A stretch of 64,000 nt of DNA, from contig MNCI01000668.1 of assembly GCA_015680685.1 (NCBI GenBank), positions 842,853-906,852 of the forward strand, read 5' to 3'. Positions 1-11,900 of the stretch are shown here, piece by piece; position 1 is the stretch's first letter; each line of letters begins with the position of its first letter. This DNA comes from Gnetum montanum (lineage: Eukaryota; Plantae; Gnetophyta). The notes beneath the pieces are model-generated. The model was given only the letters and a program-made list of their open reading frames with translations, did not search any database and was not told the DNA's origin. The position numbers and the translations under genes were made by a program.

Positions 1-1600
1 AGCCTACGGACTCTTTGAATGTGGGATTGTCAGGGCATTAAGGGCATGAGCCTGCTTTGGGGAGGACCCACTGACATTCCTATTTGGAACATTAGTTAAC
101 TTCTTTTCCTTAACATTTTTGCAATTAATTTTATTTCTGTTCATTTCCATCTTGACATCCATTTCACCGATGCCATAGTTGTCCCTTTTCACCTATCTCT
201 CTTACTCCTTTTCTTCCTTCATTCTAACGCTACCGGAGGTTTGCGATTAGTCATGGGGGTACGGGGCCTCCTTTTTTGATTTTTCTCCTATGTCCCAGAT
301 TTTTTCGTTTTTCTTCTTTACCCCTACACCTTTGGTAGTCATCATATACATTTTCCCAGATCCATATCAGCCATGCCACAACCTAGCCAATGAACCTAAA
401 CCAAAGCAAGGTATTATTTACTTAATGATTCAATTACCCTTGCTAATATATGATTGTGTTGTGTGCGCAGATGGAAATCATACAACAACGAAATGGATCT
501 GGAGCAAACACTTGGAATGGAGTAGCACTAAAGTAGCTGTGCAAGGAGCAGGATCGATAATGCGCTTACGGATGGACAATAGACGGCGCAATCTAGGCGT
601 TGGCAGCAACAAGACTCTTCTCTTTTCTTTTCTTTTATTCTCTCTCCTCTTTTCTCTCACCTACCAAATGTGGTCTACTGTCATTGTAATAAGGTGTTCA
701 CCCTTGTTGTCATGAACACCAGTTTTTGTCAAGTCTTGTAATAAAGACCCGTTCACATGTCATCCCATTAGTTCCATTCCCCTCAATAATCCCATACCTA
801 CCTGATATTATTGTAAGGAACTTGAGGATAAGTTTTCATTCAGTCATGGGGGTATGATGAGACGCGACATGCATAGTGCCGCGATATCACGTACATGATA
901 TCGCGGCCATCGTGATATCGCATCCCATGCAATATTGTGTATGCGATATTGCGTCTTTCCCTGTGATATCGCGTATGCGATATCGCGGTCCGCCGTCATA
1001 TCTATAAATAAGAGGTGGCACTCCCCTTATTTCCCAATCCTGGCTAGAAGTAGCAAAGCTCTGGCAGTTTGAACACTCCAGAGTTAGAATTTTTCTCATG
1101 TGCTCGCAGTAGGAGTCCTAGAGTGAACGACTCTTTATTCGAGCAACTTTGTAACCTGAACACAAGTTGTGTACGACAATAAAGATGAACTTGATTGGAT
1201 AAACCTTGCAGTACATGGTTTTAATTATTTTTATTTATTACTTTCCTAGTGCGTACGAGTATGAATTGATTACGAGCATCTACGGATGTGTACGGCTAAT
1301 CAAGGAATCGGCTGCTCATCNNNNNNNNNNNNNNNNNNNNNNNNNNNNNNNNNNNNNNNNNNNNNNNNNNNNNNNNNNNNNNNNNNNNNNNNNNNNNNNG
1401 AAAATACCAAAAAAATCACATACCTCAGACTTGCTTAACCATACACCGTGACACATACAAGCAAGCCTGGGAAGACAACGAACGATTAACCCCAAGTGTT
1501 TCTTGTGGCGTTAAGGCATTTAGTTTGCGGAGTTCGACTGGATCACGCGTACATGCTCGTATTCGTATGGTTGAGTGTAGGGGTACCTCGCCACTCATCA
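1..1600 (+). mobile_element. 3' part of an Athila-like LTR element (A'), same LTR family as A and B; 5' part lies outside the window
   Basis: 55-72 (CTTTGGGGAGGACCCACT) matches the internal region of B at ~33190. 820-856 matches the pre-LTR/PPT region of B at 52365-52398. Ends with LTR 855-1600. Confidence 0.8.
855..1600 (+). repeat. 3' LTR of A' (TGATGAG...CCACTCATCA); contains a 79-N gap
   Basis: Preceded by PPT GGGGGTA. TATAAATAAG at ~1003. The end GTATGGTTGAGTGTAGGGGTACCTCGCCACTCATCA is near-identical to 29995-30030 and 53147-53182. Confidence 0.85.
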
Positions 1601-1649
1601 ATTGTATAACATGAGGGCTTACCATTGGTTTATTCATAAGGAAGTGGAC

Positions 1650-2950
1650 TGCACTATGGTCTATATCCAAAAAAAATTTGATATCCAAGCACATGCTACA
1701 TAAATGTTTCTAAGGCATACACCACCACTATGAGTTCTTTTTAGTGATGATATAGTTGAGTTGTGCACCTAAAATGCTCCTAGTTGGATAATGGATATAG
1801 TATGGACATTTTTGATCATCTATTTATATAGGGACTACTTCCAAGACATACTTAGATGCATTTATCATGATATGGGATGGTTTGGACCAATCTAAGATGC
1901 ATAGAATTGGAGTTTCTATGAGCTTTTTCTTCAAGTGTTGGAATGCTTGTTCACATTCCTTATTTCGTTCAAAGATTTCATCCTTCTTAATAAGCTCTAC
2001 TAGTAGTTTAGTGAATTTAGAAAACCTGTTGATGGAGTACTGATAGTAACATGTATGACCAAGAAATAACCTCACATATTTGATAGTCTAAGGTTATCTA
2101 GTTATTCCTTGGATAACCTTTACTTTTTCAAGGTTCACCTCATTTCCTTTTCATAAAATCCCATTTTCTAAAAACAATGCCATCTCATATCATCAAGTGG
2201 CTCTTCTACCAATTTATTCATATGTTTATTTCTACATATCATTTGAGTACTTGCTCAAGATAGTCTAATATTTTTTTGAAAGTAGTACCATCAGTGAAGA
2301 ATTCATCCACGAAGACATCCATACCACTACCATTTTGCAACTAAAAGATGTTCAAAAGTAGGTATTAGAGGGGTTTTGGAGCACTACAGAGACCAAAGTA
2401 CATATTTTTATATGCAAAATTTTCCCAAGGACTTGTAAAAGTTTTATTGGCCTGGTCCTCTAATGCAATTTGGATTTGGTTATAGCCAGTATATTCATCC
2501 AAAAAAACTGTAGTAATGATGTCTTGTAGTTGTATCCAATACGTGGTCAACAAATAACAATGGAACATGATCTTTGAATATAGTCATGTTCAACATCCTA
2601 GAGTTAATACAGATCCTCCATTATCTACCTTAGAATAGATGAATCCTACCTTAAGAACTTTTTCAACTTCATTTTTGATAACTTGTTTCAGCTGAGGATT
2701 TAAACTTCTCTGTATATACCTCTTTGGTTTGATGGTGTAGTTTGTATCAATTCAATGTTGGCATAGGTGAAAATCTATTCTAGTAAATTCATCATATGAC
2801 CAGGCAAAGGTTGTTGGCCGTTGTTGGCACATTTGGCCATTACATGGAACAGTTGGAATATTTTGTTCAAAGTTAGCACAATCCCTGGTTATAGTATTAT
2901 GAGTTGATGGGAAGCAAGCCAATGATAAATAATCTTGATGCTGAAGTCTT
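1650..2950 (-). pseudogene. pol: Gypsy RT-RNase H remnant, probably the pol of element A
   Basis: Minus-strand peptides FLDEYTGYNQIQIALEDQANKTFTSPWENFAYKNMYFGLCSAP and EQAFQHLKKKLIETPILCILDWSKPSHIMINASKY, with many stops. Confidence 0.9.
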
Positions 2951-4012
2951 CTTGGAAAGNCCTCTTTCTCGCGTGCCTCTCGATCAAGTTAACGTTTTGG
3001 TCTAGCAAAAATTGAAGATTGCATCAAAACAATTGCAATTGGGGAATGGATGTTTTCAGGCCTGTAATTTGAGTGCTCTCGTAGTGGCAGAATTTGATAC
3101 GAACAGCAAGAGTAGCACCCCGAATGGAGGAGGTCTGAACAATCAACAATTTGTAGCATCAAATTAATAGATNATTGCAATTGTTTTGATGCAATCTTCA
3201 ATTTTTGCTAGACCAAAACGTTAACTTGATCGAGAGGCACGCGAGAAAGAGGAACGATTTTGGAGAAATGTCGAGGGCTCAAAGGGTAAGACCGCCAAGA
3301 AAAAGGAGGAAGAAGCTGTAAAACGCACAGAGGCCGCGGCCAAAAAAAAAGCTGAAGTTCGCAAGTTGCAGGAAGTGGAGGAGAAAGAATTAGATAAAGC
3401 CTTAAAAAAAAAAGATTGATAAGAAGGCCAACCAAGTGTCGATTCCTGTTCCCAAGGACACACACGTGATTAAACACTGAAGAAGTGGCAACAGACGAAA
3501 ATCAAAAACCCAGGCGCTAGACAGAAACTTGAAACCCTTGATAAGGAATACCAGCGCTGAAAACCATCCTGCAACCACCATTTTTACTGCCACTATCGTT
3601 GCATCTACCGCGGGCACCACTGCTCGAACCAATCTAGCCTTTGCTGTTGAAGTTGTTGCCTTTTTGCGCGCCGATCTGAGCGTAGGCCACCGCGACTAAA
3701 GGACGACCAAAATTGCAGAGCCTAAAATTTTCAAACCATATCATCAAAACTTGCAGGCATTTTCAGGAAGCAGAGGTTACAACAGTTACTGATCCAAACG
3801 GAACACACGGCGACGTTTCCTGACACGGCAGCAGAGTCTTTTCCTATGAAGGCAGTTGCTGGTAACGTTTTTGATCAGAGAAGATATTTTGAATCAATTG
3901 CAGGATTGGTGGCTTTGCCTTCAGGCTTGTATTTTGGGTCATTCCAAATTTTAATCACAATTATCGGATGCAAAATAAAATTAACCTCCGCTACCACCAA
4001 TAAGGGGGAGAT

Positions 4013-5528
4013 TATATCGGATTTTTATGATAAAATCTTGGAGCATAGTGACACTTAGGAATTTAGAATTAAATTAAATTAAATTAAATTAGGCTAGATT
4101 AAGTTCTAATCTAATTTAGCCAAATATTTTGCTAAGCAAGACTAACAAGTAATTTCCCAAAATTAGATTATATTAGGGATTTTAGATTTATGTAAACAAA
4201 TTACTTACAAAGGTAATACTCCTAAATATATAACTCCCTCCTAATTAAATGGACAATTATGAGATATTTGTGTAACATGGCTATTATCCCTTTTATTCAT
4301 TTATAACTAAATTACAACCTTTTTATCTCTTTGGTGGTTGAAACCACCCAAAATTGTTGTAACTTACCTAACTTGTTGGGCAAGTAACCTCCTAACTTGT
4401 TGGCCAAGTAATCTCCTAATTGGTTGGCCAAGTTACTTGGGAGAGAAGTTAGGTGAGATATTTTTGAATATGTAACTTCCCTACCTACCTTGGAACCCTA
4501 TAAAAAGGCTTCAGGGGTCAAGGAGGAAGGAGGATCAAGAACATTGGAATCACAAGGGACTTCTCACATCACACTTGGAGTCTTGGATGATTTGTAAAGA
4601 AGATTTCTTGTAAGATGGCTTGCTAAAGAAAAGATTTCAGCCTCTTTGTCATGGTCTTGTGAGTTATGTATTTCATTTTTTATTTTTTTTAAATTGCTTA
4701 GCTAGTGGTTTAGATAGTATCATCCTTGGCAAGTAATTTTGGGATTTTTAGATTGCTCTTACTGTTCTTGTTGCCCGATAGAAATTTCTATTAAAATTTT
4801 GCCATAGAAGTGCTTGTGTTTAAAAGCCTTGAGAGAATTTTAGTAGTAAATTTTGTTATCATGCAACGTGTGGGAACTGCTATTGGGATTGTTGTAAGAG
4901 AGCCTCTGTTTGTAGTCACGCCGTTGAACAATTCAATATTTGAGAGGGTTCAGAAAATCTTTGGTATTTTGATGGGACCAGAATAGCTTCTTTTTATCTT
5001 TAAAGTGAATTCNNNNNNNNNNNNNNNNNNNNNNNNNNNNNNNNNNNNNNNNNNNNNNNNNNNNNNNNNNNNNNNNNNNNNNNNNNNNNNNNNNNNNNNN
5101 NNNNNNNNNNNNNNNNNNNNNNNNNNNNNNNNNNNNNNNNNNNNNNNNNNNNNNNNNNNNNNNNNNNNNNNNNNNNNNNNNNNNNNNNNNNNNNNNNNNN
5201 NNNNNNNNNNNNNNNNNNNNNNNNNNNNNNNNNNNNNNNNNNNNNNNNNNNNNNNNNNNNNNNNNNNNNNNNNNNNNCTCACAGTACTTGGCAAAGTTGG
5301 CTAAATCTCTTTAAAGTAAGTCATTTGTAGTTCACACACAACACAATTGTTACATTTTACACAACCACACACTGCAACAGCACACACACATACTCACATT
5401 AACTACTGAGTTTATTTGGAGGTATCTGGGCCTTGGTGTTGCCAGAGACTAGTAGGCACCTAAATCCTGTTCGAGGACACTCGTTGGCGGTCGCGTCCCA
5501 AACGGTCGCCAACATGCGTTTGTTTACA
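4013..5528 (+). repeat. LTR of the SIRE-like element (contains an N gap)
   Basis: Follows the PPT. TATA-like CCTATAAAAAGG at ~4497. Probable end ...TGTTTACA at 5528; the exact end is uncertain. Confidence 0.55.
4367..4438 (+). repeat. 3 x 24-bp tandem repeat (CCTAACTTGTTGGCCAAGTAATCT consensus) upstream of the TATA box
   Basis: Units are directly visible at 4367, 4391 and 4415. Confidence 0.85.
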
Positions 5529-6069
5529 ACTTTTAGTAGATTTCCTTTTCTTTCTTTAGTGAGAATGACATTTATGATTACCAACTTCTCATTATCAAGA
5601 AATACATACTACAAAGTTACTAGTAAAGATTTGAATTTAAGGGATTCTTGTTTGAAATCATCATGAATTTCTAACTTTACCCAATTCATGTTTGTTTATA
5701 TGTGGAAGAGTTGACTCTATGTTTGCTCCATTGTGTCCATCTTATCAATATAAGCACTTATGAGAAACTCAACTTGGTTCCATACATATTGTTGAACTAG
5801 AGTTATCATCTATTGTTAGTCACTAGGTATCTTTTTATTTTGTGATTGCTACTTATAGGACTCTTTGAATATTTGATGTTTTGACACACTTATTACATAT
5901 TGTGATGGATGTACCCTTGATGGCCTAAATGTTTTACCTACAATGGTACCCTATATTACTGTACATAATGCATAGAATCCTCTTCTTCTCCACTTTTCCA
6001 AAATCATTTTCCTTGGATATTTTTGAAAAAAAAAATCTCTAATTCGTATCTTTTCAAATTATTCTTAGC

Positions 6070-9030
6070 TAAGCCCTTTCCATTCTATAATAATTGGAAA
6101 GTCCCCATTATAGTTGTCCACATGGATTACTAGAAAATCTACTGGATACGACCATCCACAAATGGTGATTATAATGTCCTTCATAAATTTCAAGGGATCG
6201 ATGATGGATTAATATGCAAGCTCTAACCTGATATTACATTTTTTATTAGAGGAAGGTTCCAATTTTTATACTTATCTTAGAAGATTAAGTTCAACCTAGA
6301 ACTTGAGTCTAGTAGAGCTTTACATGGATCATTTTCTCCAATTTGTAAGTAGATCATTTCCTACACTTCTCATTTTCCTTGAAATCATTTTCAATCTCTA
6401 GGAAGATGAGCTTTATCTAGACTTAAAGGTATTTCCTTTTTGGGAGATCTAGATGTGTTTGCTTCTTCTTATTGGTTTTTTATTTTAATTCTTGAGTCTC
6501 TGTGTTTAATATCCTCTTCTGGTGTATAATCAAAGTGTAAGATATCTATGTCTAAGTGCTCTGTTTGGTCTATTTTCTTAAGTGTAAAAATAATAAGTAG
6601 ATTAGCTGATTCCATGCATCTTTGAAAAATTTTTATATTCTCATTTTCAAGCCACTAGGTATCTTCTAGTTTTGTGGCTACTACCTAGGCTAGTTTTTGC
6701 TCACAATCTTGTTCCTTAGCTTTGTTGTAGGTTGTGTTAATATTTTAAATTTCTAGCCCATATCTACATCCTTTATCATTATTAGTGATGCATGGAGTTT
6801 TTTGTCTCTCCACAATGATGTGTCCATTGTTTCTGTCCTATGTTGAAGTGATGATGATTATTGGGTTTTGTGTATGATTAGGAGATATTGTTCTGGCAAG
6901 GAAGGGTGTTGTACCAGATTGGCCTTGTTCTTGTTTTGATGTGCTAGTAGGTCTATGTGTTTTGTGCTTGTGCATGAGAACTATCTTAAAGAAAGGATGT
7001 TTCCAAGATTTTGGTGAAGATTTACTGGAATTTCTATGTACATTCATAGCACAAGTAACATTATTCATTGATGTTGTGATGCTGAACCTTCTTGTGTTGT
7101 TGGCGATGACATATGGTGAAGGGGAGTATGAGAATATTAAGGATATGATGGAGGATGAGAGGCATGAGGTGGTAATCCTTCAAAAGATGTTGTAAGTTGA
7201 TGATACTCAAGAGAGTGGTAGTAGTAATTTTAGGTAGATGAAGTAGAACTAGTCAGGGAAACATATTTTTAAACATAAATATCTATATAGGTCTACCTAG
7301 TAGTCAGGGTATTTCTAATTTGATGATGACCTTCCCCACAACTATGGGTTTTGCCATTGCAGTTGATGATAGTTTTGAGGCTGATAAGAAGTCCCATTAG
7401 GATAGTATAGTTGGATGTAGGACTGTCTATAATTACCTTGTGAGAAAGATAATTTTCTAGGAATTTGCTTTTGTATGAACTTGGGATTCAAAGAAAAAGC
7501 CCAATACTCATGTAGATGTAACATAACTAGGAAATAACCCTTTAGAGGATCATATAGGTAGATGTCACATCCATAATCTTCTTTTGTGGTTGAGTCTATA
7601 ATCTCTTCTTATATATTCATTTTTCCTTTTTGTTGATAAGTGTTCCTATCAATTTCCTGGTTCTTTTTCCTCTTCTTATTTGGATCACTTGATTCTTTTT
7701 GGATTACTCTCTCCTCTATAATTTTTACGTAAGTTGTAACTTTGTCATTCATCAATTCCCACATATTATCTAGCCTTACTTCAAGCTCATCAATAGACTT
7801 TTATATTGACATGGTTTGTTGTGAAATTACCTCATCGAGAGTTGCCTCTTTTTCCTTATCATATATATGGATCCTTTTCTTTGGAAGAGTTGAGCCCCAA
7901 TTATTTTCCTCTACATTCTCTCATTTACATAACTCTCCTTCTTCTTTTTCCACCTGCTTGATTAACCTTTGTATCTAATGGATTTTTAATTTGTATAATT
8001 GACCTTGGGTATAAATCCCAAGGGTCTCTCTATTTTGATTTGAAGCCCATATATGATGTGGAAAAGTTACTCTTCTTGAGAGAAATTATGGCCTAGACAT
8101 CTATATAGTAGAGAATAGTATCTATCTATGACCATATCTGAGGGTTTATGTTCTTGTTTCCATTCTTGGATTTTTTTCCTTAGGTTGGACATGCTTGCAT
8201 AGGTTTCCTATTTTTCATTGAAGAGTTTCAACATTGTGGACCATCGATAGATTGAATTTGGTTTTAATGATCTATACCACACTTTGGCTTTGTATAATAG
8301 CGTCCTAGGGAAGAGCTTAAGCTTTTTCCACCAACTTTTAATGTTTTTTAATACACATGCATCGTGGAAGGCTTATAAATAATTTTGTGTATTAGAATTA
8401 TAGCCTTTGAAGAATTTAGGGATGTTATTCATATCAAGACTCTTGATGCACCTTTTCTTGCAATACCTGTGGGGTATTTTAATTGCCTCTATGATTTGTG
8501 TCATGCTCTTAGTGGCCAACAAGGGTTCACCATCATCATACATGTCGTAATAAAAATTTCTATTTCTATTTTTTTTATTTGTGATGATTTTTTCTATGCT
8601 CATTTTGATGTCTTTGATTTTGCCTTTGGTTTCAATTTATATTTTTATTTTGATCCCATAGCGAAGCTTGATCTCTATACCTATGTTCATCTTCATTAGA
8701 ACTAGATGTTGAAGAGGAAGAGGAAGATGAGGAATTGGGAGAATTGCCATGGGTTTTATAGTTCTCCCCATGTTTCCTTGATTTATATTTTCTAGGTTTT
8801 GAGGAGGTCCTAGGCCTTTAGGCCTTCCTTGATCTAGGACTTACTTCATCTCCTCTAGGATTTTGTACCTTAGATGAATGTAGTCCTTGAGTGTGGTTAG
8901 GGTGGTCATGAAGATATGAAACCCTTGCATGAGGTTGGTTACTCCAATTTTCTTCAATATGTATCTCATTGGTTTTCCAATGAATGTTCTTTTCATACAA
9001 TGAATTATTGATTCCATGTGAAAGAGACAT
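6070..9030 (-). pseudogene. gag-pol: gag plus aspartic protease of element A
   Basis: Starts MSLSHGINNSLYEKNIHWKTNE at 9030. DDGEPLLATKSMTQIIEAIKIPHR is homologous to B gag. Protease at ~6340-6070: KALLDSSSRLNLI...ELAY*SIIDPLKFMKDIIITICGWSYPVDFLVI...FPIII. Confidence 0.8.
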
Positions 9031-9134
9031 TGTTGTTAGTTTATGATGTGTGTGACTTAATTTTTTTGAAAGATAAATCGTTAATGCATTTACAACGATC
9101 ATGTATAATATAACTAATCTAGATAACTAGCATC

Positions 9135-9153
9135 ATCCTCGCCAATGGTGCCA
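9135..9153 (-). promoter_or_regulatory. Primer binding site, tRNA-Asp type (decayed)
   Basis: TGGCACCATTGGCGAGGAT versus the plant tRNA-Asp complement TGGCGCCGTTGCCGGGGAT; 1 nt from the LTR end. Confidence 0.75.
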
Positions 9154-9154
9154 A

Positions 9155-10130
9155 TGATGAGTAGTAGGTACCCTCTATGCCCAATGATACACATCACAAG
9201 AATTCATGCAAAATTTAGTCAAATTATATGAATGGGACTAGTGGTGGCATCTAGATTGTTATGTCTTAATTGCAATTCGCTATCTTGCCACTTGGACTAG
9301 TGGTAGCTTTATCACATATGGTTTAGTCCAAAGTGAGGCATATGATTCCTGATGTTGTTTTGGCCTTATGCTACTCTAAATGATAATAAAGAAATCAATT
9401 ATTTAAACTAATTAACAATGAAAAATAAAGTCTAAAATAGTCTATAAGTGATGAGTGTCCATTCCCAACTTATCGTACATGTCCTGAACCCAGGTATCCA
9501 CTACTGGAATTAACAAGCGCTATGCTATTGGGAAAACTAAGTAATAACAATGCTAGCATTATTGAGCAAATATGTGTTTACACTCAAAGCTCATCACACT
9601 TATTCCACTAATTCATTAATATGCATGGAAATGTAAATATTAACTAAGCACATGAAAAGTAAATTGCATGGAAAGTAAATCTAATCTAAGTTAAAGTGTT
9701 GCAATGAATAAGAATTAATCTTGATCTTATTACTATTCATGGAATGTGTCTAGGTACATTGTCACTCAAATAAGATGTTGTAAAATTGACTAAGATCCAC
9801 ACTATGGGCACTCATTGACTATTGTCTAAGACTATGGAAAAAAACTGCAAGAGCTTTGCTATACCATGACAAAACTTATGCCCAAACCATGTTCCCAAAC
9901 ACTATATTTATAAGTTCGCACACATCCCGCAATATCGGATATCCAACATTGCACCTTGGCCCCTGATATTGGGTATCTACTATTAGAACTTCAATATCAT
10001 AGTTGACAAAAATTAACTCTTTATTCAAATAGGTGTGATGGCATGCATTGATGCATCGGCAACAAGGTATCTATGTTGAGGCATCTACCTTGATAGAGTT
10101 GCATCAACGTAGCTAATTAGTGCTTCATCA
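9155..10130 (-). repeat. 5' LTR of element A
   Basis: Minus strand reads TGATGAAG...GTACCTACTACTCATCA, with TATAAATA at ~9905-9912. Homologous to the LTRs at 62598-63115 and 63116-63985. Confidence 0.75.
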
Positions 10131-10139
10131 ATGGGGGAG

Positions 10140-10880
10140 AAAAAAAAAAGAGATAGAAGAAACTTTTTAAAAGATAATTTTACTATAATAACATTCTAAG
10201 AAGGTTTTTCTTTTCTTTTTATCTTATCTCTTATTTTGGCAATTCTTTTGATACATTTCTAGTTGTTTAGCTAGGTTTACATATTGTTATAATTTAGTAA
10301 ATACAAGTTTTGGAATGAGCTATTTTGTTTATTTACAAATGTATAGTCTGTTTTTATTTTTCTTATTGAATGTGATAGCTTATTTAAGTGTCAATTTTGA
10401 ATAGACATAATATTGAATGGATGCTATTTCATATTCAAAATCTAAGCTTTAAAATAGTTAATCCTTGTTTTAAGGTTTTGGCTCTATATGACACTACTTT
10501 TGTGAAGCATTAGCTTTTGGAAAGTGTGTTAGGAAATGACTTAGATTTGTGAAATGGTTGGTTTCATAAAGCTATTTCTTTACATTATAATTATTATGAA
10601 ATCTAGAACTTGATGATTACAAGCACTATCAAAGATTATAAAAATAAAATAAAATTAATAGATAGCTACAATAGGAACTTAACCATTAAATAGCGTAAGT
10701 AAGAAAAAAACTTATAACATTTCCAAGTTAAATAAAAAGTATATATTTGAAATTATTAGTTCAATATTCTTGCTAAAGATATTTGGAGGTATCCATATCT
10801 TGGGTGAACAAGAAACTAGTAGCCACCTAAAATGAGTAAAGATGTTGTTTGGTTAGGGTTATTTCATTGCATCACCACTT
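10140..10880 (+). repeat. Old LTR fragment related to the SIRE-like LTR
   Basis: 10780-10832 (TATTTGGAGGTATC...ACTAGTAGCCACCTAAA) aligns with 5413-5465. Boundaries are unclear. Confidence 0.4.
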
Positions 10881-11036
10881 AGCACCAATTTAATTTAATC
10901 AATTAATCATTAGTTGAAAATTAGATTTCATGCTCTCCACCTCTCTTTTTAGGGTTTGCACATTTTTCTTCTTAGGAGCTATCTAGAATAGTTTAAAAAA
11001 ATCATAAGAAATTTCCAGATAAAAACAATCCTTTTC

Positions 11037-11900
11037 TCTAATACCAATCTTGGAGAAAGATCACTCTAATTCATTTAATCTATGTAAGCATGGCAAATAA
11101 TATACTAGGAAATAAGAAAGCTAGATATCTTCTATTAATCCTGGAAGAAGATTACAATTACAATGGAGTCATAATCCCATAGATCAACACATAATGATAT
11201 TATAGAGTAGAAGGCTTTACAATCATACATGATTGATCGTCATGCAAGGTACAATTAATCCAAATATCTTCCCTCATAATAGGGTTAAGATCCCATACAA
11301 TGATCACAAACACATACTTGGCTAACAATTGAGATGCACATAAACTCTCATGTAATATTTGATCCAACCCTCTTATCTACAACATTCAAAAGCTTATTCT
11401 TTATTAAGAATAAAGATAGAACCCTAAGGAAACCTTTTCCACATTGAAGTCAACATTTCTAGCTATTTTCCATCTTGGAACTACCACCTCAGAAAGTTGT
11501 TACAACTTAGCAAGACATCTATAGGCTTGTAAAGATATATTTCTATTAAACTTGACTTGTATGCAAGATGTCTACCAACTTGGAAAGATGTTTACTACGT
11601 AGACATGACATCTTCTACTCATGCAAGATGTTTCTCTATAGATATTTCCTCTCCAGACAAGACATCTCGTCTTCTGATCAAGATGTCTCCCAAATATATG
11701 GGATGTCTACTATTAACAACAGGTTCTCAAGCAAGACATGTTCCTTCAAGGCAAGATGTCTCCTACATATGTACAGCTACTGGGTAAGACATCTACTAAG
11801 TGTCTATGATGTTTCTAATCTATGAAAAAATTTCATTATTTTACCAAGAGGAATGACAAGGGGCTTGATCTAGGGATTTTATGTTTATGTTATTCCAACT
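11037..11900 (-). mobile_element. Degenerate LTR with an adjacent tRNA-iMet-type PBS
   Basis: Plus-strand CTCTAATACCA (~11037-11047) is minus-strand TGGTATTAGAG. The adjacent region has ~11 copies of CAAGA(CA/TG)TCT. Confidence 0.4.

Larger units (their letters stand above)
2961..5528 (+). mobile_element. 3' end of a SIRE/Maximus-like Ty1/copia (charged extra ORF, PPT, LTR) inserted in element A
   Basis: TACCACCAATAAGGGGGAGAT followed by T(A)TA at 4013 resembles the Sirevirus PPT/LTR junction. Upstream lies a K/E-rich decayed frame (LDREAREKEERFWRNVEGSKGKTAKKKEEEAVKRTEAAAKKKAEVRKLQEVEEKELDKALKKK). The 5' part is lost at the N at 2960. Confidence 0.6.
1601..10130 (-). mobile_element. Element A: Athila-like Ty3/gypsy with gag-PR-RT-RH, interrupted by two insertions; 3' part outside the window
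   Basis: 5' LTR 9155-10130, tRNA-Asp-type PBS, gag, protease, then RT/RH on the same strand beyond the SIRE-like insertion. Linking the RT part to A is an inference from order and strand. Confidence 0.75.

Noticed and set aside
2961-3252. Perfect 79-bp inverted repeat (2961-3039 / 3174-3252) resembling a MITE or hairpin
   Set aside because: Both arms start right after single Ns (2960, 3173). Flipping 2961-3172 gives a simple overlap, so this is a mis-oriented contig artefact.
1206-5304. ORFs containing X runs (1206-1451, 4950-5294, 5005-5304)
   Set aside because: They are open only because of N gaps.
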